Below, one piece after another: positions 36,401 through 46,365 of a stretch of DNA of 63,207 nucleotides. Positions within the stretch are counted from its first letter, which is position 1, and the number at the start of each line of letters is the position of its first letter. The position numbers and the translations under genes are program-made. Below the pieces are notes generated by a model. That model worked only from the letters and a program-made list of their open reading frames with translations. It was not told where the DNA came from and did not search any database. Source of the stretch: a virus (taxonomy: Duplodnaviria; Caudoviricetes); the IMG/VR virus record IMGVR_UViG_3300035670_000203, positions 1 through 63,207 of that record; one strand, written 5' to 3'.

Positions 36401-37408
36401 TGCAATATAATCAAGATTTAAGTCTATAAGTCTAGCAGCATCTTGTTCTCTATGACTTCCAGCAAAACCACTGAATCCACTTGTTAAGAAACCAACTGCT
36501 TCTTTTGCAATATAATCAAGATTCAAACGAAGCATTCTTGCTCCATCAAAAAATCTATCAACCTGAACACCTTCAAGGGGTTCAAATGATACAATAGCAG
36601 CACCATTAGTCATTTCAGGACCAATGAAACTTATATCAGTAATATGACAACCATTGTTTACATAAAATAAATCTAGATCAGGGAATCTTGGAGTGACTAC
36701 ACAGTTTCTTAATTCTGTTCCTTCTACGGAAACTGTTTTCTTTAAAACTATGGGATTATCTTCTACATAAACTCCAGGATAAACTTTAATAGTATCACCA
36801 AAGTTTGCTATTTGTGCTGCTGCTTTAATTGTTCTTTTTGAATGATTTTCAGTTAATCCAGTATTATTATCATCACCATTTTGAGTGACGAAGATTGTTT
36901 TCCCAGTAGGTTTATATGCGTCTATTGTAACTATACCTTTTCCTGGATTTTGAGTAGCATCAATTTGAATGCCTATTCCAGGAACAATTTGAGTTACAAT
37001 ACCTACAAGATTTACACCATCACCAAAGTATTCAATGGCAGTTACATCACCAGAAACAGTTACATCATCTCCAAATGTTCCAGTGGATCCAACATCTAAA
37101 GTACTGCCAACTACAAGTTCCTGTCCAATATCGGCAGAACCAGAAGCATTTATATTTCCATCTATACCGACACCACCTTCAACTACAAGAGATCCAGTGC
37201 TTACTGAAGTAGACTCTGTAGTATTTGTGAAATTAACTAGTCCTGTTGCGGTTAAAGGACCATCAAATGTTCCACCACCTACAACATCTAAGGTTCTTTG
37301 GGGATCGGTGGTTCCAATACCAACTCTATCCCTAACACCATCAGCATAAATTAGATTTTCATCAACTTCAAGACCATTTTTTACGACGAAATTTTTGTTT
37401 ATGCCCAT
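33491..37408 (-). CDS. tail fibre-like structural protein
   Basis: NKNFVVKNGLEV and VGIGT fibre motifs; pectin-lyase-like G.D.N.G..KRTIKAA..DTI.V.PG.Y.E; repeated YD..TG..TIT..C.S..YPTG..ST.PH.YV.GG domains. Confidence 0.75.
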   Translation of the reverse strand: MGINKNFVVKNGLEVDENLIYADGVRDRVGIGTTDPQRTLDVVGGGTFDGPLTATGLVNFTNTTESTSVSTGSLVVEGGVGIDGNINASGSADIGQELVVGSTLDVGSTGTFGDDVTVSGDVTAIEYFGDGVNLVGIVTQIVPGIGIQIDATQNPGKGIVTIDAYKPTGKTIFVTQNGDDNNTGLTENHSKRTIKAAAQIANFGDTIKVYPGVYVEDNPIVLKKTVSVEGTELRNCVVTPRFPDLDLFYVNNGCHITDISFIGPEMTNGAAIVSFEPLEGVQVDRFFDGARMLRLNLDYIAKEAVGFLTSGFSGFAGSHREQDAARLIDLNLDYIASETIGFLTSTDYKSPAFVVPTVPEDCEDDIKDILRSISYDLKAGSNKKSVGAGLSYYDNAGALQHITGTDVNGYSVREATVDAIQHAVGIVTYVINNESYPDQYTSLSQDTSSYSPILVPGGCGDTIVRIETLSGIVTSIVGLGTEQAPAIEFGVTLESQDCADDVKDIWRAICFDITRGGNSRCVMAGETYYDENWNLIPEILKNPGEVEQTIATLDYSFNVARSVVNNCTWGGYPVGVATDVTFAEYDNVTGIVTITAENHNLNQNDAVKIVGLGFTCPSDGGVLTLTYPTGAYGYVFNVLDVIDDDNFEVVVGQSTLPHNYVSGGTVQKYTSFQNEFYQVKDLGMQPDFETGFNNAINGCSNVISAIRSCVGVVTTIVGLGSESGITTSYPGNSGVGFEGKVEIIDAPYNPQNGEITITTASPLNAKKGDLIEVRDLFYIFFSDSIFIESYTNDQFGYNYYIDRVNEDGSVVINTGISTIVREYVFGTGYVVDRSVAIDDAIYDHTTGITTITAPGAYVRVNDVVTIRDLEFSCTSGAGTTTIYPTGSEGYKFRVTDVIGAGTTFVVRVGPSTIPHEYVQGGYVKPPYSPGVGPITQGPYVRNCTNFVPNSIGMKVDGFEAEPGDQVDIGVTGSMSVDSYTQYNQGGIGVSITNGAYSQLVSIFTICNDIAIFTASGGQCDLTNSNSSFGRLGLVADGVGDRTSKSIYRYTGVVEQNAPVEQDTVIVSGIGSYRPYDGQALYFGELFYIVQTIEMDNVGSGYSELNPPLVTIEAPPEDAFGIRAEASPNIVDGKVVSIDVIATGSQYRTAPSVTIAPPPPGPNAVQATAHTTIYPTYYTIESATLPVAGISTIVLQQNLNNTVSAGTTVYFSRLSLQITSSHSFEWVGTGNNINTAKPALGGVLIPENEVVKLNGGEVVYTSTDQAGNFKIGDDIVINQITGTISGRAFSQSLLNTVTPLILGISK

Positions 37409-37460
37409 TTTTTTAAAGGTTCACTATCCCCTTTTTTTATTATTTAGAATAGTTATATTT

Positions 37461-38681
37461 TTATGCTCTAAATGTTAAATTCAAACTAGTAGAATGTCTA
37501 GTATTGCTTCCAAAAATTAAATATTTCCAAGTCGTATCAGGATTACCATTTCTTCTTATAACATTTGCATTTGGATCGGAATTAACATCTCCCATATTAT
37601 CTAATATAGTTGAGGATCTATATCTAACAATAACAACTCCAGTTCCACCTACCCCGGCACCATTTATTCCTTCAAACCCATTAGCAGCATATCTAGATCC
37701 TCCACCTCCACCTCCTCCAGTTCTGTTATATCCATCTCGATTTAATTGAGAATCTTCTGAAATAGGATTTGTTCCATCACCTCCACCATTTCTTCCTGGA
37801 TTTTGAGTTGCTGTATCAGTAACTGAACTTCCACCTCCACCACCTCCTCCAAATCCATCAACTGCTTTTATTCGGTTAGATTCACTTCTTACATTAAAAC
37901 TAGCACCATTAAGAAATCCAACACCAATCCCAGCACCTCCGTCACCTGAAGAATCTGGTTCTGGCCTACCAGCAGTAAACCAACCTCTTCCACCTACACC
38001 AGTAGTACCTCCTCCACCCCCAGCTTCTGAACTATTAGCTCTCACAAACACTGCACCACCTCCACGATTTCCAATACAAGTATCTCCAGCTTGACAAGTA
38101 TTTCCATTAACTGCTAATCCATACCTATTGTCTGGTTCATCAACCCTAGCATTTCCTTGTCCTCCACCATTTCCACCATTTCTACCTCTGCGATCATTCG
38201 CATTAGTTTTAGAACCACCTCCACCACCTCCACCACCTAAGGAGAGATATGTCACATTATTATGAGTAAAAGAACTACTTTTCCCATCTTGTCCTGGTCT
38301 ACCATCTTGAATAACTCCATCAACACCTCCAACTGTAATGGCATAATCTACTCCAGGTATTACAAATAAATTATTTACAATTTGTGCAAATCCACCACCA
38401 CCTCCACCACCACAATTTCCATTATCATTACCATCAGGGGTTCCTCCTCCACCACCAGAACCAACAATAAGAACATCAATAAAATAGCCAGCACTAACAC
38501 CTCTAAAATCTGAATATGCTATAGAATTAGGTGCTGCTGGTAGAGTGTAAAGAGCACCATCTTTTGATGCTCTTTGTCCTCTATACTCACTAAGTTTCAT
38601 AGGTCTTCCACCATCAATAGAATCGGGAAACTCCTTATCAATATCATCTCCACTTAATTCTCCATCAATTGGTAATGCCAT
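37461..38681 (-). CDS. glycine-rich fibre-tip adhesin (gp38-like)
   Basis: MALP..G.LS..DI..EF...LSEYRG...I.YSDFRG N-terminus; poly-Gly tracts; GG.GVVIVRY; follows an S74 fibre. Confidence 0.65.
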   Translation of the reverse strand: MALPIDGELSGDDIDKEFPDSIDGGRPMKLSEYRGQRASKDGALYTLPAAPNSIAYSDFRGVSAGYFIDVLIVGSGGGGGTPDGNDNGNCGGGGGGGFAQIVNNLFVIPGVDYAITVGGVDGVIQDGRPGQDGKSSSFTHNNVTYLSLGGGGGGGGSKTNANDRRGRNGGNGGGQGNARVDEPDNRYGLAVNGNTCQAGDTCIGNRGGGAVFVRANSSEAGGGGGTTGVGGRGWFTAGRPEPDSSGDGGAGIGVGFLNGASFNVRSESNRIKAVDGFGGGGGGGSSVTDTATQNPGRNGGGDGTNPISEDSQLNRDGYNRTGGGGGGGSRYAANGFEGINGAGVGGTGVVIVRYRSSTILDNMGDVNSDPNANVIRRNGNPDTTWKYLIFGSNTRHSTSLNLTFRA

Positions 38682-38685
38682 TGAA

Positions 38686-41600
38686 TTAACCTCCTAATTC
38701 TTGAATTCTTTTTTCTAATGATCCAATTTTTTGATTTTGCTCTTTAATTGCTTCAATTAAAAGTGGGACAAGTTTTTCATATTGAACTGTTAGATAATCA
38801 GAATTTACTGGTGCTGACTTAACTGCCTCTGGAAGAATTTCTTGAACATCTTGAGCAGAAACTCCAACGTGAAAACCTTGTTTATGAATTCCTACTTCTT
38901 TTGCAAGTTCATTAAATTCATATGTAAATCCATTCAACTTGCAAACTTTATCTAATGCATTTTCAATGGGTTCAATATTTGTTTTGAGTCTAATGTCAGA
39001 AACGAATGCAACAATATCTCCAGTTGCATTAACAACACCTGCTTCAAGGTATATATCATCATTTGAATCATTAAGATTTGCAATATGCAATCTAGTATTT
39101 TCTCCAGATTCTACATAATAACGAATAAATGCTTCATCCCCACCACCTCCACCGGGATTTGTGGGCCAATATATTCCTCTATCTGAAGCATTTCCTACTG
39201 AAGGAGTAATAGCACCTGAAAATGTTTTAGTTCCTCCTATAGTTTGATTCCCAGTAGTTCTTACTACAGTAGTATCAACCTGAATAGAATCAGCATTAAC
39301 TTGAATTCCACCACCTTGAGCACCAACAATATCTAATTCTACACTTTGTCCATTTAAAGATCCTCCTCCACTCAATCCATCACCAGCAGTTACACTTCTA
39401 TCTAAATTAGAAGCAAGAGATGCAGTTCCACTTAAGTTGGTGTTTAATGTATTAGTGCTTGGATTATAAGTAATGCCTGCATCAGTATATAAAGATTCAT
39501 TCGTTGCAGTGGCATTATCAGAGTCTACAAAAATTAAGAAGTGATTTGCATCGGTTGATCTAGTTTGAGTCTTAATTAAATCAGCACTTGTTGCATTACC
39601 ACTCAAATTAGTAGTTAATACATTCGTGCTTGGATTATAAGTAATGCCTGCATCAGTATATAAAGATTCATTCGTTGCAGTAGCATTATTAGAATCTACG
39701 AAAGTTAACCAATGAGTTGCATCAGTTGCTCTAGATTGGGTCTTAATTAAATCAGCACTTGTTGCATTACCAAATAAATTACCAGTTACGTTTCCAGTCA
39801 CATTTCCAGTTAGATCGCCAGTTAATCCTCCAGGAGTGACAATTGATCCAGATAAAATTAAATTACCAGTTCCATCTAAAGAAGCAATTTCAGTTTGCCC
39901 TGCATACCACTTAAAGAATAATGATGGTGTATTACTTGGAATAGAATTCCATAGAGAGTTGCCAGTAACTCCAGTAGCATAATCTACATTAGTTCCATTC
40001 AAAGTTTCTTCATAAACAAATCTAGAACCAACACTTCGGGTTGTAAATGTTGGGGTATTCTTTCCTAATTCATTTCTAAAGTTAATAATATCAATTGGAT
40101 TTCTGAAAATAATAGTTGCAAATCCAACAGTTGTATCTAATGCAATATCAACATCAATACCAAATCCATCAGGGTCTCCAATAAATTTAATTTGGTCTAC
40201 AATTCCCTCAAAAACATTTGGTCCATTTTCAACTCCAGAGTAAATATAAACTAAGGTTCCAAGATCACCAACATAACCCCACGTTCTCCAACGATCACTC
40301 GTAGTATAAACCCATCCAATGTTTTCCCCTTCATTTGGAGAAGCACGATAGATTATATCACCGTAATTTCCTGCAACAGTGGGAATGTCGGAAGAAATTG
40401 AATATCTTCTAGAAATTTCTAGATCACCTTGTAGGAATATAGATGGTGCTTCAATCCCTTCTGGGGAATAAGAAGTTAACTTCTCATTTAAAATAACAGG
40501 TCCATTAAATTCAGAGGTTACATCATTATTTTTTCCTCCGCCAATTCTGATAGATCTATCAACTACAACATCATTTGTTTTTACTATCTCATTAGTAATG
40601 TTTTCATCACCAGTGAAGGTTTGAATTGGGGTATCAAAGATTTCTTCCTTTCCTGTAGCAGAAGTCGTCTTTTTATTTCCTGCGTAGAAATCTCCAGAAT
40701 CATCAGTTCCAGAATAGTAAACAACACCACCGTTATACTTTGATGCTTGTGAAAGTATCTTTTCAGATTCTGATAGTTTTCTATCTTGCTTTTCTGGGAA
40801 GGCAGTTGAATAATTACCTGGACCAAATCCAACATATTCAAAAGTATGTCCAGAAGCACGAATGATTGTGTTTCTTCTAAACTCAACTGGAATTGGTTTG
40901 ATTCTTTGAATTACGGAACCAACTGGATGAGTTTTTCTAATTGATGCAAACTGTGCTCTATAAACCTCAACGTTATCATTTATGATAGGAGATCTGACTC
41001 TCATCACTTCTCCATTTACGATAAAGTAATCTCCTATCTTAAGTCCACTACTTGCAGCATTAGTAATAACAATTGGAATACTTGCATCATTTGCAGTAGA
41101 TAAGTATTGAACACTGTTTGATAAAACAAGTTTATCATAAATGTATCTACCTCTATCAGATCCTCTTTGAGAGGTATTATATCCGTATGGATATAATCTT
41201 CTTGTTCCTGCAGTTGATGGTGTTGTAGTTGAAGTTCCAATTCCTACAACTTCAAATGAAGTTGATGAAATTACCCTGCTGACAGAAACATCTTTATTAT
41301 AAAGAGATTGTGTAAATCCATCAAGTTTAACCTTTTGATTAAAACTTAAATCGTGAGCAGATGATGTAGTAACAGTTGCAATTCCAAATGCTCTATCATA
41401 AGTAAATGCTGAAATGCTCAAAGATTTACCAGTTATAACAGCAATTGAATTTTGTGTTGTAAATGTAGTGCTAAAATTAGTAACTATTCCAGCGGAGGCA
41501 ACAACTATTCTGTTGTTTGCCGGAATAGATGTAATTCTATAAAGATTATTATATCCTGTACTAACTCCAGTATAACCAGAAAGACTAATAACATCACCAA

Positions 41601-44600
41601 CATTATTACTAATGGTTGATACAGTTACTGTTGCGGGAACAAATCCTGTAGTAGTTCCAATTCCAACAGGAGGTATTAGAGATAAAGTATTTCCAACAAC
41701 ATATCTACTACCTCCATCCATAATCTGGACAGATTCAACATTACCAGTAGCATTAACATCAATTGATACTCTTGCATTTACACCAGTTGTAGTTCCTTGT
41801 AAATTAACTCCATAATAAGTACCAGGAACATAACTTGATCCAGTGCTTACAATAGAAAGTGAAGTAATTTCAGAAAGACCGTGATCTATAGTAGTATAGA
41901 TTGTATGAGAAGTTCCAACTGAATTTGAAACAATTGCTGTTACACCAAAACCAATATTAAAATCATCAAAGAATTTATTTAAAGTTTCTTTTGTAATACT
42001 GCTTTCAGGACTATCAGTAGTGACTTCTCCAATTGTATCTAACTTAGCAAATGATACTGCTTCTTTAGGATCTGCAATTGGATTGTCTCTATCTATTTGA
42101 GGATAAAGTCTTTTAATTGGTTGAGATAATTTAATATTTGTAAATGGTGCAGCAATAGGAGAAACTGAATTATTTAAAATAGTTAATTCATAAATTCCAT
42201 CTTGCTTTTCTGGAATATAATCTTGAACTGTTTCAATTTTATATAACTTATATGTGTTAACAGTTTCTTTTGGTTGGAAGTATGGAAGATCTAAATTACG
42301 AATAGAAGTATCATTAGAAAATGCTCCTGGATTATTTGCAAGATCGTATACAAATTGCTTTGAATTAATAATTCTCTTTACGGAATAAGTTCCATTATAT
42401 TCATTTGGTATTACATTTCTTATTCTTACTTCTGTTCCAACATTTAAATCATGATCTAATTCGCAAGTAACTGTTGCCTCGTTTAAAGTCCAAGTTATTG
42501 TAGAAATATATTTTGGACTTCTTAGATCATTTACACTCTGTAGTGAATCGTCTTCAAATCCAAAATAAGTATCAATTTCATTTTCTCCAAGTAATGTCTT
42601 ATTACTCTTTTGCAATACATATCCATCAAGAGGAGGTCTTGCAATAATAGAAGAGTCTTTTGGAATGACATACTCAAATTTATAAATTGTGTCATCTATG
42701 TTTCTTCTATCTGGTGTTCTTTGAATGTAAGTTCTATTAGTTGTCGGAACACCATCCTTAGATAAAACATAATCATATAAAGTGCTATTTGGAGCAACTG
42801 TAATATACCAGTTAGATCTAACTGAATCCCACTGAACAGGGTGTCCAATTTCACCAGCATTTTTGTCAGAAACTCTACTGACAACTTTTAGTCTTCCTCC
42901 TTTTGTGTTTATATCAATAGCAAGACCATTTAAGGCAGAATCAAAAGTATCTGCTATTTTAATTTGATTATTTCCACCTGTAGTAACATCAATAGCATAG
43001 TATATTTTGTCTTCTATTCCATCAGGCAAATAACCATTATCAGAGATAATTCTTATTTTTTCTCCGGTTTCAAAATTGTCTGTTTGAGTGAAGTTTATAA
43101 TTGATGAAAAAATATTATTTTCAGTATCCCCATTTATTCTATCAACATTAAAAGATTTTTCGTAAGAGTTATTAGTATTTGGTATTAAAACTCTTGCTGT
43201 TGTATCTTCAAGATAAAGAATTTCGTTTTTTGCAGCACCGATTCTATATCCATCCAGTAATATTCTTGGAGGGTGATTAATGTCATTTTCATCATATAAG
43301 TAAAGTTTATCTGTTGTCGCTGCTCCCGCTGCTCCAGCAATCGTTAAAGCAACATCAATAGAATTAAATTCAATTGTAATATCATTAGATTCAATGTCTC
43401 TTGGAGGTATGATTTTAGTAATAAATCCTACGTCATCTCTAGGAAATGCTTCTCTACTAAATCCCTCAGATACTAATGCCTTAGCACCAAAGTTTGAGTT
43501 TGAGTTGGTAATTGAATAATCACCACCACTTTCTGCAAGGAATTGATTTGCAAATCCAATTGCGAAAATACTTACAAGTTGACAGAAACCACCTTCAGAT
43601 ACTTTTATATGATAGTTTTCATATTCAGGTTTAAATCTTGCTCTTGAATTCTTATAGAGATTTGGAACTGCAACAGAATCTCGATAAGCACCAATATTCT
43701 TATCATATAATACAAAAGCATTATCATCTTTTTGGATGCCAATTCCAGTGAATTGAGCAACAACCATACTCTTAAATCCATCTGCTTTGCTTCCATCTGC
43801 GTGAAGACCGCACATTCCATAAACAGATCTTAATGATACGTTAAAGACATATGGAGAAGCAGATGATACAGTATCGGTTACAATACTGAAGTTTGCTCCA
43901 AATACTTGAGGAGCAGCAACTTGAGGTAAAATTTTAGATCTATATTGTAGTTGATTAGTTCCCAGAACTCTGAACACTACAAACTGACCATCATATCCTT
44001 CTACATCAACACCAGAAACTTGAATTGGAGTATCAACACTAATTCCTTCAAGAGGTTCTGTAGTTGTAACTGTAATTGTAGTTGTAGGAGTAAATCCATT
44101 TCCTGCTCTGATTTCAGATATTTGGAAATCTTTTCCTCTTGAACCTACAATTCTAAATTCATCTACAACTGGTTGAATATCTACAGCAGCACCTGTTGAA
44201 TAAACAACATCATCAATTGGTCTACCAGATGAATCTCCATATACTAATGAGATCTTTTCATAATACATTTCAAGATCAGTTCTTGAAGTTGTTATATTAT
44301 TAACAACATCATTAATTACAACATTATTAACTCCATCAGCATACTCAAAACAAGTTAATTTATGGTGTGAAAAAGTTGGTGTTTCTCTTAATGAAGTATA
44401 ATCCTTATAAGCAATTCCATTTGGATCTGCATCAAGAATAGAAAATCCATATAAAAATGATGCACCAGTAAGTCTGAATATAGCAGATCTTTCTATATTA
44501 TTATTGGTTGGATCTGGAACATATAAGGGTCTTATGACAGTTTTTCTAAGATCTTTTGCAACAATACTTACACCACGAGGAAGAATTAATCCTCCGTGAA

Positions 44601-44982
44601 CTGAATTCAATTTGTAGAGATCGTTAGTTGGTGATGTTAAATCATATACAGTTTCTAAAGACCATTGATTTATTGAGGAATCTACCCCACTTCTAAGTTT
44701 AATATTACCATCATCTTCGATTACTGCTCCAGGACGATTATCTACTATGTGCTGTCCTGGGTAAATTAATATTGTAGTTCTTCCAAATCTATCGTTATCT
44801 AATCCTGCCTGATATGAAAATCTTGCTGCTTCTGCGAGTGCTCTGTTTAATGATTTAAACGGAACCATTTGACTGCTTCCGTCATTTTCTATGCTATCTG
44901 TAGAATCTAGAGCATTTGGATCTACGTGAAGTAAATTACCACGAACAGACTTCAAAAATGCTTCTAATCTTGAAAGACCCAT
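38686..44982 (-). CDS. large tail fibre/structural protein with C-terminal S74 chaperone
   Basis: MGLSRLE.FLK...D.TDSIEN cyanophage-type N-terminus; TGNVTG repeats; SD.RLKTNI...GVSAQ...YEKLVPLLIEAIKE. Confidence 0.85.
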   Translation of the reverse strand: MGLSRLEAFLKSVRGNLLHVDPNALDSTDSIENDGSSQMVPFKSLNRALAEAARFSYQAGLDNDRFGRTTILIYPGQHIVDNRPGAVIEDDGNIKLRSGVDSSINQWSLETVYDLTSPTNDLYKLNSVHGGLILPRGVSIVAKDLRKTVIRPLYVPDPTNNNIERSAIFRLTGASFLYGFSILDADPNGIAYKDYTSLRETPTFSHHKLTCFEYADGVNNVVINDVVNNITTSRTDLEMYYEKISLVYGDSSGRPIDDVVYSTGAAVDIQPVVDEFRIVGSRGKDFQISEIRAGNGFTPTTTITVTTTEPLEGISVDTPIQVSGVDVEGYDGQFVVFRVLGTNQLQYRSKILPQVAAPQVFGANFSIVTDTVSSASPYVFNVSLRSVYGMCGLHADGSKADGFKSMVVAQFTGIGIQKDDNAFVLYDKNIGAYRDSVAVPNLYKNSRARFKPEYENYHIKVSEGGFCQLVSIFAIGFANQFLAESGGDYSITNSNSNFGAKALVSEGFSREAFPRDDVGFITKIIPPRDIESNDITIEFNSIDVALTIAGAAGAATTDKLYLYDENDINHPPRILLDGYRIGAAKNEILYLEDTTARVLIPNTNNSYEKSFNVDRINGDTENNIFSSIINFTQTDNFETGEKIRIISDNGYLPDGIEDKIYYAIDVTTGGNNQIKIADTFDSALNGLAIDINTKGGRLKVVSRVSDKNAGEIGHPVQWDSVRSNWYITVAPNSTLYDYVLSKDGVPTTNRTYIQRTPDRRNIDDTIYKFEYVIPKDSSIIARPPLDGYVLQKSNKTLLGENEIDTYFGFEDDSLQSVNDLRSPKYISTITWTLNEATVTCELDHDLNVGTEVRIRNVIPNEYNGTYSVKRIINSKQFVYDLANNPGAFSNDTSIRNLDLPYFQPKETVNTYKLYKIETVQDYIPEKQDGIYELTILNNSVSPIAAPFTNIKLSQPIKRLYPQIDRDNPIADPKEAVSFAKLDTIGEVTTDSPESSITKETLNKFFDDFNIGFGVTAIVSNSVGTSHTIYTTIDHGLSEITSLSIVSTGSSYVPGTYYGVNLQGTTTGVNARVSIDVNATGNVESVQIMDGGSRYVVGNTLSLIPPVGIGTTTGFVPATVTVSTISNNVGDVISLSGYTGVSTGYNNLYRITSIPANNRIVVASAGIVTNFSTTFTTQNSIAVITGKSLSISAFTYDRAFGIATVTTSSAHDLSFNQKVKLDGFTQSLYNKDVSVSRVISSTSFEVVGIGTSTTTPSTAGTRRLYPYGYNTSQRGSDRGRYIYDKLVLSNSVQYLSTANDASIPIVITNAASSGLKIGDYFIVNGEVMRVRSPIINDNVEVYRAQFASIRKTHPVGSVIQRIKPIPVEFRRNTIIRASGHTFEYVGFGPGNYSTAFPEKQDRKLSESEKILSQASKYNGGVVYYSGTDDSGDFYAGNKKTTSATGKEEIFDTPIQTFTGDENITNEIVKTNDVVVDRSIRIGGGKNNDVTSEFNGPVILNEKLTSYSPEGIEAPSIFLQGDLEISRRYSISSDIPTVAGNYGDIIYRASPNEGENIGWVYTTSDRWRTWGYVGDLGTLVYIYSGVENGPNVFEGIVDQIKFIGDPDGFGIDVDIALDTTVGFATIIFRNPIDIINFRNELGKNTPTFTTRSVGSRFVYEETLNGTNVDYATGVTGNSLWNSIPSNTPSLFFKWYAGQTEIASLDGTGNLILSGSIVTPGGLTGDLTGNVTGNVTGNLFGNATSADLIKTQSRATDATHWLTFVDSNNATATNESLYTDAGITYNPSTNVLTTNLSGNATSADLIKTQTRSTDANHFLIFVDSDNATATNESLYTDAGITYNPSTNTLNTNLSGTASLASNLDRSVTAGDGLSGGGSLNGQSVELDIVGAQGGGIQVNADSIQVDTTVVRTTGNQTIGGTKTFSGAITPSVGNASDRGIYWPTNPGGGGGDEAFIRYYVESGENTRLHIANLNDSNDDIYLEAGVVNATGDIVAFVSDIRLKTNIEPIENALDKVCKLNGFTYEFNELAKEVGIHKQGFHVGVSAQDVQEILPEAVKSAPVNSDYLTVQYEKLVPLLIEAIKEQNQKIGSLEKRIQELGG
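39427..39771. repeat. 171-bp (57-aa) tandem duplication in fibre shaft
   Basis: gtaatgcctgcatcagtatataaagattcattcgttgcagt at 39470 and 39641. Confidence 0.85.
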
Positions 44983-45012
44983 CTTATTATTTTATAGATT
45001 TCCGTTAATGAT

Positions 45013-45020
45013 TATTTATC
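45013..45020 (-). promoter_or_regulatory. T4-type late promoter (GATAAATA)
   Basis: NATAAATA about 30 nt upstream of the 2098-aa gene. Confidence 0.65.
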
Positions 45021-45031
45021 ATAGATGAAAT

Positions 45032-45196
45032 CTACTTCTTCCCTATAAGATATTCAACTGTATTTGCAATATCATTCATTGCGTCTCTAAGTTCAGGTCT
45101 TTGTCCTGACTCTTGTTTTATTATTGGTCGGTGATCGTCTGTGAGAGTCCATCTCCATTGCTTCATAGACTCACACCACCAGAGATTAATTTTCAT
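45032..45196 (-). CDS. hypothetical protein (54 aa)
   Basis: Manual translation MKINLWWCESMKQWRWTLTDD...QESGQRPELRDAM.D.ANTVEY. Confidence 0.6.
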   Translation of the reverse strand: MKINLWWCESMKQWRWTLTDDHRPIIKQESGQRPELRDAMNDIANTVEYLIGKK

Positions 45197-45341
45197 GCTT
45201 ATATTTTTCCAGTTTAATCCAATTTAAAAGTGCATTTAGTTGCATTCTTTTTTCTTCAGTTAAATCAAATTTTTTATTGAATAGATAAAAATCAATTGAT
45301 TCGATTGCAAGATCTCTATCTGATTGGGAAATTAATGACAT
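45186..45341 (-). CDS. hypothetical protein (51 aa)
   Basis: Manual translation MSLISQSDRDLAIESIDFY...LLNWIKLE. Confidence 0.55.
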   Translation of the reverse strand: MSLISQSDRDLAIESIDFYLFNKKFDLTEEKRMQLNALLNWIKLEKYKHEN

Positions 45342-45364
45342 ATAAAATAATAAGTATAGGGCAT

Positions 45365-45643
45365 TTAAAGAATTTCGTCAAGAACCTCTGGATTTTCCAA
45401 CTCAACTTCAAACAAACAAGGATGAACCTCTTCATCAATTAAATAAAATGATTTGTGATAAAATATCTCAGGTGTCATTGTAAGTTGCTCATTTGCTTTT
45501 TGAATTATCTCAGGATCATCTTGAGCAATGTCTGGAATTTCATCAAAAGTAAAAGGTATATTGTTTATATAATAAGTCTTTATAATATACTTTTCATATG
45601 AAGTTTTATACCAATTATAAGATGTAGTAATCTTATACTTCAT
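45365..45643 (-). CDS. hypothetical protein
   Basis: ORF track; AATAAATA at 45665-45672 upstream. Confidence 0.65.
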   Translation of the reverse strand: MKYKITTSYNWYKTSYEKYIIKTYYINNIPFTFDEIPDIAQDDPEIIQKANEQLTMTPEIFYHKSFYLIDEEVHPCLFEVELENPEVLDEIL

Positions 45644-45659
45644 TTAACTTGAGGTTAGA

Positions 45660-45878
45660 TTAACTATTTATTGGATTTTTATATGTTGGTGGGTGATATT
45701 TGAGATACTCAAAAAAAGTAAGTTTCATTTCTTTTTGAGTCATTCCACAATGCTTTGCTGCTGCTGGAAGAGTCATCGCACAAGAAAAGAGTGCTTCGTT
45801 TGCTTCCTTTACGTTTTCTGGAGTTGTTTTCACTGGAGGTTCGTATAACATATTGTAATTAATTTTGTATGGGTTCAT
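45660..45878 (-). CDS. hypothetical protein, possible HTH
   Basis: KTTPENVKEAN..LF...M.LP.AA.HCGMT..EMKLTF. Confidence 0.65.
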   Translation of the reverse strand: MNPYKINYNMLYEPPVKTTPENVKEANEALFSCAMTLPAAAKHCGMTQKEMKLTFFEYLKYHPPTYKNPINS

Positions 45879-46057
45879 AGTGGATTCTTATATTCGATTA
45901 AGTCTTCTTTAATTTTAGTTCTAACAACCTCAAGAACTTTTATAAATTGATTGATAGTTTTACAATATACTTCTTTTTTTGTTCCTAGATTAGAATAAAG
46001 ATAAAACATCTTATTCATAGGATCTACAATACAACGAATAAGATATTCATTATCCAT
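45875..46057 (-). CDS. hypothetical protein
   Basis: ORF track. Confidence 0.6.
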   Translation of the reverse strand: MDNEYLIRCIVDPMNKMFYLYSNLGTKKEVYCKTINQFIKVLEVVRTKIKEDLIEYKNPL

Positions 46058-46058
46058 C

Positions 46059-46355
46059 TTAAGATTGTAAACTTGTTAAAATTGCTGCAATTTCACCTTG
46101 CAATCCTCCGATAGCAGCATTTAGATTTTCAATTTCTTGTAAAATATCCACTCCTTGAACAGTTAATATTCCATCAATTGTAACATCATCGTCAAACTTT
46201 GCTCTTTTAGTTACATCTAGTTTACCACTTAAATCTAAATCAACACTTCCATCCTCATTGAAAACGAATGGATCATTAGTTTCTGGCATTTCTGGTGGTT
46301 CTTGAGGGGTAAACTCAGGACCAATAATTTCAGTTGATGCAATACCTACAACCAT
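46059..46355 (-). CDS. small structural protein with C-terminal coiled coil
   Basis: beta-repeat-like segment then heptad helix. Confidence 0.55.
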   Translation of the reverse strand: MVVGIASTEIIGPEFTPQEPPEMPETNDPFVFNEDGSVDLDLSGKLDVTKRAKFDDDVTIDGILTVQGVDILQEIENLNAAIGGLQGEIAAILTSLQS

Positions 46356-46365
46356 TTTAACACTC

